64,000 bases of DNA from Glycera tridactyla (lineage: Eukaryota), in assembly GCA_965644265.1 (NCBI GenBank), contig OZ286460.1, positions 64,914,001 through 64,978,000 of the forward strand, read 5' to 3'. The stretch's first letter is position 1; the number at the start of each line of letters is the position of its first letter. Below, piece after piece: positions 52,501 to 63,397 of this stretch. Made by a program: the position numbers and the translations under genes. The notes under the pieces were generated by a model that was not told where the DNA came from, searched no databases, and saw nothing but the letters and a program-made list of their open reading frames with translations.

Positions 52501-55500
52501 AACAGTCGTAGCATATTTTATACCGAAATGTGCCCAAGATTGATGAGGGAATACTTTTTGAGGTTGGTAATGGCCTAGATCCTGTGGAAGTAAGCATTGT
52601 GTATGTCTGTTATTGGATATTCTTGTATTCACGACGATAATTGGGTGTCCAGACAGTACTATGCCTGCCTAGTGTGCATAGTTCTGTTTGGTCCAATGGA
52701 ATACCAGAAAGGTGAGATGGTTCTGGGTCAGCCATGTTGTACAAGCGACTATAATGGGCGTGGTCAGCATATACGAGGGTGACGTCATAATCCAAAATGG
52801 CGGCATTCTGTTATCTGACACGTTGTTCGGCAGGACTTGTCGAGGGGATGTGGAGAGATGGGGGCATACCCGAGTCCAGTCACCACACCAATCCTCTAGA
52901 CATTTCTTCCTTTCAAGACCTCATTTGATATTCTAACAAATGATGTCTGAGGCTGGGCTTAGCGCATCATCGAACAATATTGGGGTTGCAACCATGTGTA
53001 CATCCCACTCTAGAGAACTTATGAGCCTCGTAAGACATGGACGTGAAGTGAGAAACTGCCAACTAGTATCTCCTGACAGTTGCCACCATTTTCATGCAAA
53101 AGATGTGAGCCATACATTTTAATACCATCTTTAATGGTATTTATGATATTCGGCCCGCCATCTAGTGCAATTATTGAACATACCAACTGGATGGTTTCAC
53201 CCCCTATATGCTCACACTTATTTATAGACATTTGTAAAACAATGGGACCCGTTTCTGTATCTTCTATGTTCTGTTATATGGATATCATTAGTTTACACGT
53301 AGGATCACTTCAATATTATACCTATTCTAGTCTATTTTTCATTTGGTTTATTTTTGAATAATCATATTTTCATGAAGGGGTGCCAGTGGCGCTGTTAGAG
53401 GTGCGTGTTTGTATTTAGTCTGTGTTTAAGTGGTACTCATCAATGACCCATTTTCCCATTCCATAGACTATAACGTAGACCATATTTGAGACATGAAATA
53501 TTCTGGAGGAAAATCCACTGTTTATATTCGGTGATGTTAAAAATGCATGGTGCCATTACGAGCTTACTCGTAAGCTCGAGATGACCAGTGCTTTTCATAT
53601 TGAAATGTTTGGAAAAACTCCATCTATGGCTACATCATCGTCAGGAGGTGAATATGGTCTATGCGTAGTTTTTTATATATTATATATAGGTCTAGTCCCC
53701 GTTTTGCGCAATGGTCTGTATTTAGAAATCAGCGCGCTGGTGCCTCTTCATGCCTGTTTTCAGCTCCCCCTACAAAGTCGGAACGTGGATGGCTGCAAAC
53801 GTCGCAGGCTTAGCTAGAGATAGGCTCAGGAAGGCAATGTTTGCGATAATATGATGACTTACACGGAATATCACCGAGTCACTTACTTCACTTTATTTTG
53901 GTGTGGCAATCTTCATCATGAGCCATTGATCCACCGAGCAGCTGATCTGTTTAGAAAACAAGGATCTTTCAGAAGTTGGCCGCTGGCCTGAAAGTAGCCA
54001 GTCCCCCTTCCCGACATGGTGTTAGTCACTGTTGGAGGGAGGCGTGTGTAATTGATCAACGATTCTCCGTAGAAAGACGTAGATACTACGTGAAAAAAAG
54101 ATTCTCGAAATTGATTATCAACGCGTATCTATTGTCGTCCACAATATCGGAAATGGTGACATACAACCACGGAGACCTTTGTCGTGGATTTCAAATGGGT
54201 TGCCAAGTGTCAAAGGCAGTGAGGTGTGTCCCAAGCTCTCAGCAGCTTCCGGTCCACAATAACAAATATTCACTGCGGGGCGAGTTCCGGATACGCGGCA
54301 AACAGTTGGGACGCACTTCTTTGTCTCAACTCGCATACGGTGATTTTGCACCCAAACTTGCTGCAGTTTCAATGACCCAAATCCTGAACTCGGTGGACGA
54401 TGGCTCCGATGTCGATGGTGTCAGGGAGAAGTTATATTTTCATTCAGGTTGTGCCCGATGATTATTTGCGTCCTCACAGCTTCGCCTAAGAGACGAAGTC
54501 GATACAGACTTCCTCGAAAGTGCTTCCGTCAGGAAATATGTTCATTCCATCGAAGATCACTCCATGCAATCACTCCTGAAAACTACACTTATAGCTGATT
54601 CCGGATTTGGGGGCAGAAAACAGGATCCTAATACATGGATTTTCGCAATAATGCCCATGCATGTCACCAAGTATGGCCGAAGGTTGCTCTTTCGGTTGCT
54701 AGCCACTTGGTATTTGGAAAATTACTTCCAGGTGAAATAATGGAGTTCTCAATTCATGGATGTCAATATCCCCTCTATTACAAATATTAGTTATATTACA
54801 AATATCAGTTAGTCGGCACCACTGGGTAGCATGGAGTGCGGGGATGTTCATTACTGACAGTCTCATCCATTTTATCAATAAATCAGAGCAATAGAGGGTG
54901 GAATAATCATCGGGTACTTGGACATCCGGGAGGGTACTTTTTATATCCACTGTTAGCAATGTTAGAGTCTGTAACAGCCCTTGGTTTCAACGTAAGGGAT
55001 ATATGTTCTGTGATTGTATGTCGTTGTTGCACATATAACACATAATCAATATTACTAATTACTAAGGTCGTAGTGTAAAACCGATCAGCGTGGAAGTGCG
55101 CGCTCATTCGATTTATTCCTGAACATACTGAGAGCACTTTCCAAAATTGATGCATTGATTTTTGCCTCAGTGACTGCAACAGTACAACAACCAACACATG
55201 CACACACACACGCACGCACGCACGCACACATACATATTCATGTGCATACATACACACCTACACAAACACACCCACAAATACACATACATACTAATAGGAT
55301 CGTTGTGGACATTGTAAACTATATTTGTCAGACACTTTCCTCGAGTTTTATTAGGAACATAACTCATGTAAGTTGTGATATCTTCTTGAGTGTTGCGTTC
55401 TATGCAGAATTACATGAGTGGCATACTATATAGTGATCATTGACTCATCTTCTGTTCTACATTGCTGTCATCCGTCACATGCATTACTCTATTCCTAACA

Positions 55501-58500
55501 TTTTTCTCAACTTTGGAGTGGGTTTGTATAACATAGTTTACTTCTATATATGCATGTGATTGCATACATCTTGTCTGCATTTTTTCTCACTTTCATACAG
55601 ATTCACATTCCCCTCTTCCCGTGTCTGAATCCGNNNNNNNNNNNNNNNNNNNNNNNNNNNNNNNNNNNNNNNNNNNNNNNNNNNNNNNNNNNNNNNNNNN
55701 NNNNNNNNNNNNNNNNNNNNNNNNNNNNNNNNNNNNNNNNNNNNNNNNNNNNNNNNNNNNNNNNNNNNNNNNNNNNNNNNNNNNNNNNNNNNNNNNNNNN
55801 NNNNNNNNNNNNNNNNNNNNNNNNNNNNNNNNNNNNNNNNNNNNNNNNNNNNNNNNNNNNNNNNNNNNNNNNNNNNNNNATGGTGATTCCTCCTTTGTCC
55901 TTTCTCGGTTGATTTCGTCAAACATACACTTTATGATAGATAGGATAGAAGTTGAATATATTTCTTGAGTAATCACAACATTTCAATAATGGAGGTTACC
56001 TGACACTTGATGTTACCTGACTTTGAGGAATAATAGTCAGTTCCGTGCATTGTGTGCATGGAAAGATGGTCGAAGCAAAAAAACAGTCGCATTCTTGTGA
56101 GACCTGAGACTGCTTAGTATTATTTATTAATTGATAAAGACCCTGGCCGAATGCCTTTGTCCTTCTAATACTTGGGTTTTCTAATGAAGAACTACCCTGT
56201 TGTAGTTCATGCAATCTTTTCATGCTACTTTTAGTGGCTGGTAGACAACTGCATGTAGTTTGAATTCCGATATGTTTGACACCATGAATACAGTCCTTAG
56301 CTAGTTTACACGAATAGTGCTCTTCTATTTGTGTCGGTGCATGGAGAGAGAGAATCCAGATATAGTTGTGTACACTCCATGGCCTAAGTATACATTTCTG
56401 GACATGGATATTATGGCAGGAATTTACATCCACCTAACCTCAAGACGCCACTCTCGATTGACCTGCTATTGCTGGCAAGGCCAACTACTGTTCTACCGAC
56501 ATGAGGTACCAGAATTTCACTTGAAAGACATGAGATCTGATGTCCGGTATAGTAAACCTAGCTTCAGAATCACTTCAAACTTTTAGGCATCATATTTCAT
56601 ATTCGCATGGTTTCTAAAGTTTATTTCATGGCCAGGCTGGCTATGGTTCTTGAAATTTGGCACAGTGTTGGTGTGTTGCGGCACTGCTCTATATCAGCGC
56701 CTCAGTGGCTAGAAAAGCGCTAGTGTGTTGAAGAAGTCAAGTTTGCTGCCTTGCGCTGTGTGTTCAATACATTCTGCCTTAGATCTGAGAATCAGTGCCT
56801 CATTTCGCTAATTTGTAGGTGCACTAGAAATTGCGTATGCGCTCTCAATCGTCATCGTTTCCTAGAGGAATCCTGACAATTGAGAGCACCTGTATAATTT
56901 CCAGAGGATATCTATTTTAGTTCAACGGCCCTTAGATTCGGCCTCGATCCTCCGACTCATTTCACTCAAACCTTCTAGTTGTCATCTCGAGATTTGACAT
57001 AGACTTTGATACATAAGCACATGATGGCTATAGTTGTAGATTACATTATACTGACTTACACATGTTCTCATTACCATTGTGAGCCATAGCATCATCTCAG
57101 CGTAATTTCATTGTTGCTCTCCATTCAGAATACGGAACCCCTTTAATCGAATTGTATTGAATCAAATTGTATGAACTCAGCAGCAATCTGAACGGTCCGG
57201 CCTGCGACCAATTCATATGCTACCCCATTTTGAAAACGGAGCAATCATAGACATTGTCACTGCCTGCGTGGTGATCAAACCTTACGGGCACCAAAGTTGA
57301 CTGACAATTGAAACTATAGGAATATGGATACAAAATTTATCGTGCCTATTGCATTAGAGAAACAATATGTTCATGACTTTACCGTATTCGTCAAAGGAGG
57401 CATGGCTCCGAATAGGATGTATTCAAAAATGCGCAAAGGAGGCATCGCTCCTAATCGGATGTATTCAAAAATACGTAAAGGAGGCATCGCTCCTAATAGG
57501 ATGTATTCAAAAATACGTAAAGGAGCCATCGCTCCTAATAGGATGCATTCAAAAATACGTAAAGGAGGCATCGCTCCTAATAGGACGTATTCAAAAATAC
57601 GTAAAGGAGGCATCGCTCCTAATAGGATGTATTCAAAAATACGTAAAGGAGGCATCGCTCCTAATAGGATGTATTCAAAAATACGTAAAGGAGGCATCGC
57701 TCCTAATAGGATGTATTTAAAAATACGTAAATATCTTACACCCACAGCCCCTGTATTTATTTGTGACAGGCTCCAGTTTTACCTTTGCAGCAGGTATCAC
57801 ATGACGGTAATTCTTTTATTATTGGAATTGATTTTTGCCTATATTTTTGCAATAGAATTGGCTTCTGTGGGTTTTGCTTCCATGCCTTGGACTCCTATTT
57901 ATCACAACGTATTGACTGCTGTCTCAACAAGAAGTTTGGCGAGCAACAGTCATCATGTAGATTCTCCTAGAAGTATGCTAGTATATGAGGCAATTGTAAC
58001 ATGTCTTTAATGGGCTAGATACAAGCTTGCTGTAGGTCAATGAGCTGAGGGTTGAATTGGTATTGGTTTATTTGGCCATATCTGACTGAAATTAAAAATC
58101 CATAATGAGAACCGGATACCCGATTTGGCGGTAGCTTCTGTATATAGCTACGACATTTCTGTTATTTGGTGACGCAAGCAATATGTCAAAATCACATGAA
58201 CTTGTCATTATATAGTGTGGTATTGGTATAGCTTCGTATTATCTGTTTAGACTACTCTCATTCTCGATAAGCTTGCGAAAACTAGTAATTTTGACAACAG
58301 TGAGATTGCATATAAATATATCTCCCCCAATTACATTGTATAGACCAAGGTGATCGCAAAAAAATGAAATACCAGAAATAAGTCAGAATTGATTTATTCA
58401 TATGTCTATTCTGTGATTTTCACTGGTGACCTGCCAACCTAGTTTTTGTCTTGTTGCAGTGCACAGAAGAATTATCCCATCACTTTCATTGTAAAGCCGT

Positions 58501-61500
58501 CTCCTTTACCACAGATGAAGGGTCTGGGGTTCAAACTCGCCTGACCCAAGTCTCAAGATTTCTACCGGCAAAGTATCGTGACACTGAAAACTTGCCTTGT
58601 CACAAAAAATTCTCAATGCCAATGAAAATTACCTCGTCTAGACAGTACTTATTTATCTGACTTGCTATTAATCGATTGGTTCCTGACACCACAACACATC
58701 AGTATTTTCAATATCATCATGTCAGACCTGTTGTTAACTTCATTGGCACACTGCAACTCTTCGTCTATCGAATCACTTGCAAGATATGGTGGATTTGAAT
58801 GTGCTAAAAAAAAGCTATCTCAAAATCGCTTCTTGTTCCGAATCAGCGCAGATTACATGATGATTGGAAGAGAATTTCTCAAGCTCAATCGTTGGTAGAA
58901 CCTTTGGATTCTTTGCGGATGTGGGTCTCTTGAAACCTATTCTCGCAATGATTTAAGTCTCCTGTGCTATACTGAGGCGTACGTGCAACGGTCATGGGTG
59001 GAATCATTCAAGACTCCATCTAGTAAGGTCCCCAGTAGTAGTTGGAATGATAGAAACTCACACATCCTCAGAGTGTCGTTCTAAACAGTCATAGCATTAG
59101 GAGATATATGAGATAATTGTGGGTTGAAGTCGATGCATGTGGAAAGTCAAAACCTTATGTATGCAGCAGTGCGAGCTTTTATTTAGCAACATACTAGAAG
59201 GTAGTAGCATAGGGACGCACATATTGTTTGGGATGACTCAGACTAGTCTTTGTGTGATGCGTGGATGTGTGTATTAGTGTATTGGATAAGTGTATGTGTA
59301 TGGGGGTGTACGCGCGCTTGCGTTGGTCGCTAGTCTTACAGTGGATGTGCGCAATAGGCATTGCAAGGGGAAGCCAATACAAATGCGCATCGAGTTTGAC
59401 CAATAACAGACTACCAAGTCGACCAAGTATTCAGCTGCGTATGCTTAGTGATTAGGGGTGGAACGCATGGTCTTGGCCCACTTTCGATTGACAAATCATA
59501 GGCCAACAGTCAAACCATCCTACTGGTATGGTGATTGTTATTAAGGCATAGCAATAGCTTGTTCAACACGTCGCAACACGCTTCATACTGGCAAATAATT
59601 GAGCCTAAATTTGCCTTATATTACTCTGAATTTCATCAAACTTAATGAACATGTTGGAGATCAGTGAAGATCCTCTGCATCCGGCGAGGTTTCGTGCAAA
59701 TATCCATGAAATAACCCACTCTAATGAGTGATTAGGGGTGCGCACTCTTTTGTTCTTTCTCGCACTAACTCGCGCCGATTTGTCTAATGGTGTGTTCATA
59801 CCTTCCGTGTGCTATATGGGTTAAATTACAGTAGAGAATAAACTTTACCTCTCTGTTGAGCAAGTGCCCAGGAATCGGTGATACCGACCAAGTCTGTTCT
59901 GAGAGTGAATGCTGTTTGCGAGTATGCATGTGATTGTGTGCATGTACATAAGCATGCATGTAGTGGATGGAGAGACACTCTGGTATCTCCTACAGTTTTC
60001 TGATCATGTTGCTGAATTGCATGCGTTTTTGAAACTTCATTTTAGCATTCTCTCTATAAATGAATATTTCATTTGAGTTTGCTCACGGGATTGGACTTAT
60101 CTACATTCATTTCAAATTTCACGAATGTTATGATCCCGATGTCAAATAATCACAGCATTTTTATGTATTTTTCTTTAACATGTTCATGATGAGTGGGCAG
60201 CACATATTGGAACGAGCTATTGATGATATAGATAGCGTTTGCTTTGTGACTGTGTATTCATCTAGATAGACTCTCTAGCCATTGTTGGACACATTCTGAC
60301 GGGTTCAGTGATACCATGATCCAGGTTATTGGGAGGTGCGTTGTGTACATGTCCAGGATATCTGCACGTCATCAGTACCAACGATACTCTTTGGATCTAT
60401 AATTTCATTGATGGAGAACCTTTCATGTCTCTGATGTGGTGATATCCGTAGCCATCACCTATATACCTGGACAAATGTATCAGATGACCACAGTATTCGA
60501 AGTCATATACTTGAATTCCGAGTGACCCTGTGCTCCTGCCTAAATTACATGGATAAAGATAGTTGACAGATTATATGAAAGTTTTAGCATAACATCAGGC
60601 ATATTGGTGTAACAATTGACCAAAATAGAAGTTAATCTTTTGAATTTGACAGGTGTGTTGCAGTATCGATAGCTCATTCGAGTATATGATATATTATCCA
60701 CATGGAATATCAATACCAAATGTCGATATGTCAATTCGTTGCTGCCCGCTTTCCACATCGAGAAATATAGGCATGTCATTTCTCTTGTGTTTGGGCAGCA
60801 ATGCTTTTCTGTCAATAACGGACACACATGGTCGTTATTGCTCACGAGCTCTACTGTAATTATGAGTTAGCTGTACTAAGATGAATATTTTACCAGTATC
60901 TTCTGGTCATTTTCGCTTCCATATGAGAAGCTCAGCACGATACGTAAGGGTACAAATAACTACCGTATCCCACTTGGCAGCCCAAGTAACATGAAACCCG
61001 CACTTTATCCACCTCACTAGACCCTGTTTACGCATTATATTTATGTATATATAGTCAGAGATACATGGTCGGCAAAATCTTGGTATGAGGTACCATTTCT
61101 GGGTAGGATGGCCAAACCCCTATGCGTGGTCATGTGTGGTAGTTCTCAATTCAGCAGATGTAAGTGAAGTACCCGAAGCTTGGGCCTGAGACCGGAATTT
61201 GCTGAATGTGTCTCACACTGGCGAGACCAGTCTAGGTTGGTAGTCATTGGAGGAACCTAATGTATGTATCAAACTCACATCATTGCTAACTCATGTCATT
61301 AGCTGTCTTTTAACATGAAACCAAGGGTCTGTCTACGTTGTTCATGCATAGGGAACATAGCATTAGATCAGATCTGGCAAGCTTATCTTGGCATTGTAGA
61401 CGAACAAGCGATATCAACCCCACCCTCTCACTAATATTCCTCTCTCCATATACTCTAGGTGGATGTTGCTGCCATGATCGATAGCAAAGTTGCATGTTTT

Positions 61501-63397
61501 TGTTTTCAATGCACTGGTAGTTCCGGATTCCTAGCCGTTTCGAATTGGTCCTCACCCTGCTAATGACAGGGAGTTGCAAGTAGGTTGGTTGTTATTTCTG
61601 TTAGAATCACGGCGATCGTCTGGATGGGGACATGATACAACGCCTCAAAAAGAAGGCAAACAAGTTGGTCTAACTTCCCATTGCACATCTGGTACTCTCT
61701 CGTGATAGCACGGATTTAACCACAGCCATAACTAGAACACCCGTGTCTATTGCGTATTGGGCCAGAAAAATGGTGTGGGTCCACTGCAACCGCTGCTGGT
61801 ATCTACCCGCTATCAAAGGAGCCTCTCTGTGCAACAGCACCTCTTAAACGGATATGCTCCTTATGCGTGGTTTAGGCTTGTGTGCATGCAGTGTTTCTTT
61901 TATAGGTCCTAGCAGCTGGCCCTCCCGGATGTTAATCCTGTGGATTCGTGCTGATCCAACCCAGTCGGTTGGGCCCGTGATAACCCACGGAGTTGATGTC
62001 CCAGTGAGAGCTTGAAGCTATGCTGGTAGGTACATAACGGCAGGATCGAAAGACTGACCGTTTGCTATTCTTCTTCTCTTGCAGGTCTCGCTTTTGCAGA
62101 TCTTATCAACAAATATTTTGTGTCTCCGACACTGCTGAGAGTGGTCCGTGTATTCCGAGTCGGGCGCGTGCTTCGACTGGTGAAATCTGCCAAGGGCATA
62201 CGTACACTTCTCTTCTCTCTCGCTGTCTCCATGCCAGCCTTGTTTAATATTGGACTACTCCTCTTCCTCGTTATGTTCATATATAGTATATTTGGGATGT
62301 CTTTCTTCATGCATGTGAAACACACAGGCGGTTTGGACGACATGTTCAATTTTGAGACATTTGGCCGTAGTATGATATTATTGTTTCAAATCTCGACTTC
62401 GGCAGGATGGGATTCGGTGCTTGCTGGGCTCATGAATGATCAGGAACCTGAATGTAATGCCACCAGCACAGATAACCAGCCTAACGGCAATTGTGGAAGC
62501 AGTCCACTTGGAGTGCTTTATCTCGTCACTTATCTCGTCATTAGCTTTTTGGTCGTCATCAACATGTATATCGCCGTTATTCTTGAGAACTTCAGTCAAG
62601 CCACGGAGGACGTCCAACAAGGACTAACACAGGACGACTTTGATATGTACTACGAGATCTGGGAGAGGTTCGACGAAGAAGCAACGGAGTATATCCCGTT
62701 ATCGAAATTGCCGGAGTTCGTCGATCAGCTGGAGGAGCCACTTCGATTGCCGTATCCTAACCACTTCAAGCTAGTACAACTTGATATTACTATCTGTGAA
62801 GGTGAAAAAGTACATTGTGTCGATATTTTGGACCAACTCACCAAAAACTTTTTAGGGACTCTTGATGAGGCTGGTGAAATAGGAGAGCTTAAACAGGGTC
62901 CTGAGAAACATGATTATCACCCAATTAGCAGCACCCTACGCCGACAGCGAGAAGTTTTATGTGCTAAAGTAGTACAAAAAGCTTGGCGACGGTTTGTCGA
63001 GATGAAACGGGCTGCAGCCCAAGAAGGTGGTCAAAATCCAAACAATGAAGTTAAGCCGTCGGAGGAATTTCATCCCCAACATACAATTGTGAACATTGAA
63101 GAGGTGGACGAGGAAGCGGAGGACGACAATACGTTAGACAAAATCGGGGAGGTCGAGGAGAAACAGGAGGAGGAGGAAGAGGGGGGAAACAAGGAGGAGA
63201 ATGATGCCAAGAGAGAGAAAGAGAACAAACAAAAGGCAGAGGATACTCAAAAAGATAGAGATGGACAAGATAAGCCTGGTGGTGGGAAGGGTGGAGACGA
63301 TTCTTCGCCACCAGGTGGAGGTGGTGGGGATGATTCCTCACCACCAGGGGACTCTAAAACTGTTGAATTGTATCCAGAGAGCGGTGTGGTTGCATAG
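9813..63397 (+). CDS. Nav1: Voltage-gated sodium channel alpha subunit (Nav1/para/SCN type), spliced 3' half (DII-III linker, DIII, DIII-IV linker, DIV, C-terminus); 5' exons lie upstream of the window
   Basis: Ten to eleven exons join in one frame. Family motifs: [10 protein letters not shown] (DIII S1), [22 protein letters not shown] (DIII S4), ATFKGW (DIII filter K), [23 protein letters not shown] (inactivation linker), [17 protein letters not shown] (DIV S4), TSAGWD (DIV filter A), [17 protein letters not shown] (DIV S6). K in DIII and A in DIV fit a DEKA (Nav1) filter; the DI/DII filter residues are outside the window. Confidence 0.98.
10944..11240 (+). CDS. Nav1: Nav exon, Ser-rich DII-III linker ([10 protein letters not shown]...EINEVNVVF)
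   Basis: Acceptor ctctacctccacacag, donor ttt|gtacgt; 297 nt open, phase 0/0; joins in frame to VKYPDECC of the next exon. Confidence 0.8.
12490..12675 (+). CDS. Nav1: Nav exon, end of DII-III linker and DIII S1 (VKYPDECC...[16 protein letters not shown])
   Basis: Acceptor ttcttctcctaccag, donor ctt|gtaagt; 186 nt, phase 0/0; conserved PxxCC...WW...[11 protein letters not shown] motif. Confidence 0.97.
12924..14170. repeat. Degenerate trinucleotide-like low-complexity tract (AAC/ACC/ATC, TAG, TAA/TGA runs) around two N-gaps
   Basis: Visible runs such as gtagtagtagtactggtagtagt and taataatgatgaatataatgatgatg. Confidence 0.75.
14294..14362. repeat. Compound microsatellite (CA)n(TA)n
   Basis: Direct inspection. 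Confidence 0.98.
15007..15068. repeat. (AT)n microsatellite
   Basis: Direct inspection. Confidence 0.98.
15454..15630 (+). CDS. Nav1: Nav exon copy A, DIII S1-S2 loop/S2/S3 start ([19 protein letters not shown]...[12 protein letters not shown])
   Basis: Acceptor gttttatttatacag, donor aca|gtaagt; 177 nt, phase 0/0, no stops. Confidence 0.95.
15675..15851 (+). CDS. Nav1: Nav exon copy B, tandem paralogue of copy A ([19 protein letters not shown]...[12 protein letters not shown])
   Basis: Acceptor gttccattcatacag, donor aca|gtaagt; 177 nt, phase 0/0, no stops; 160/177 nt identical to copy A by hand alignment. Confidence 0.93.
16104..16165. repeat. Tandem repeat, 3 x 20 nt (gaactatcagccttcgaaat)
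   Basis: Units start at 16104, 16124 and 16144. Confidence 0.92.
17201..17256. repeat. (TG)n microsatellite
   Basis: Direct inspection. Confidence 0.98.
17623..17745 (+). CDS. Nav1: Nav exon, DIII S3-S4 ([41 protein letters not shown])
   Basis: Not in the ORF track. Acceptor gcccctttacag, donor aag|gtaaga; 123 nt; RxxRxxR voltage-sensor ladder. Confidence 0.97.
18428..18485. repeat. (TG)n microsatellite with one interruption
   Basis: Direct inspection. Confidence 0.97.
19238..19510 (+). CDS. Nav1: Nav exon, DIII S4-S5 linker, S5 and extracellular loop ([21 protein letters not shown]...[15 protein letters not shown])
   Basis: Acceptor ggtttctttttacag, donor gtg|gtacgt; 273 nt; two conserved loop Cys and two N-x-T sequons (NAT, NYT). 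Confidence 0.98.
22930..22983 (+). CDS. Nav1: Nav exon, DIII pore loop ([18 protein letters not shown])
   Basis: Acceptor ctcttgtttacag, donor gac|gtaagt; 54 nt; filter Lys codon at 22939-22941. Confidence 0.97.
23023..23214. mobile_element. MITE-like element with about 35-nt imperfect terminal inverted repeats
   Basis: Left arm gcctaagtatagaatcccggacctcaggttttttt (23023-23057) matches the reverse complement of 23180-23214 (gcctaacagtacattcctggacctcacgttttttt). No clear TSD. Confidence 0.6.
24849..25700. repeat. Degenerate (TCTA/TCCA)n satellite with an internal duplication of about 100 nt, interrupted by an N-gap
   Basis: ctagcaatccatctatatatctatagagacattgaacgttactcaatct occurs twice (near 24900 and 25002). 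Confidence 0.9.
29535..29672 (+). CDS. Nav1: Nav exon, DIII S6 ([17 protein letters not shown]...[20 protein letters not shown])
   Basis: Acceptor ttgttctctttcag; 138 nt; ends at aag|ataagt, a non-canonical AT donor. Confidence 0.97.
31713..31891 (+). mobile_element. tRNA-derived SINE (head loosely tRNA-Ala-like), 179 nt, with 13-bp target-site duplication
   Basis: A-box tggctcagtgg, B-box ggttcaatccc, tRNA-like part ending in cca, tail catttccattt; flanked by cttcagcggcaca at 31700-31712 and 31892-31904. Confidence 0.85.
31974..32018. repeat. (AT)n microsatellite
   Basis: Direct inspection. Confidence 0.98.
37485..37539. repeat. (CA)n microsatellite
   Basis: Direct inspection. Confidence 0.98.
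45028..45135 (+). CDS. Nav1: Nav exon, DIII-IV inactivation linker ([36 protein letters not shown])
   Basis: 108 nt, donor agg|gtatgt; MFM motif at 45046-45054; KKLGS kinase-site motif retained. Confidence 0.96.
45578..45848 (+). CDS. Nav1: Nav exon, DIV S1-S3 (LKCQLFFF...[15 protein letters not shown])
   Basis: Acceptor tttttatgtttgtttcag, donor tag|gtacgt; 271 nt ending in phase 1. Confidence 0.98.
57393..57728. repeat. Tandem minisatellite, 8 x 42 nt (aaaggaggcatcgctcctaataggatgtattcaaaaatacgt)
   Basis: Units start every 42 nt from 57393; this explains the three overlapping repetitive ORFs in the track. Confidence 0.98.
62085..63397 (+). CDS. Nav1: Nav terminal coding exon: DIV S3-S6, EF-hand-like domain, IQ-like motif, acidic low-complexity tail
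   Basis: Acceptor ttcttcttctcttgcag; phase-1 entry gives [22 protein letters not shown]. The ORF-track start at 62120 is an internal GTG (Val). Stop TAG at 63395-63397. Confidence 0.99.

Larger units (their letters stand above)
12708..55879. other. Eight N-runs: 12708-12923, 13182-13339, 16703-17069, 17326-17472, 23981-24848, 25198-25457, 40738-40890, 55634-55879
   Basis: Direct inspection. Most abut low-complexity sequence, so they may be unresolved or masked simple repeats; their content is unknown. Confidence 0.95.

Noticed and set aside
12653-55976. Long X-containing or CV/HT/YI-repeat ORFs in the track
   Set aside because: Artefacts of N-gaps and dinucleotide microsatellites.
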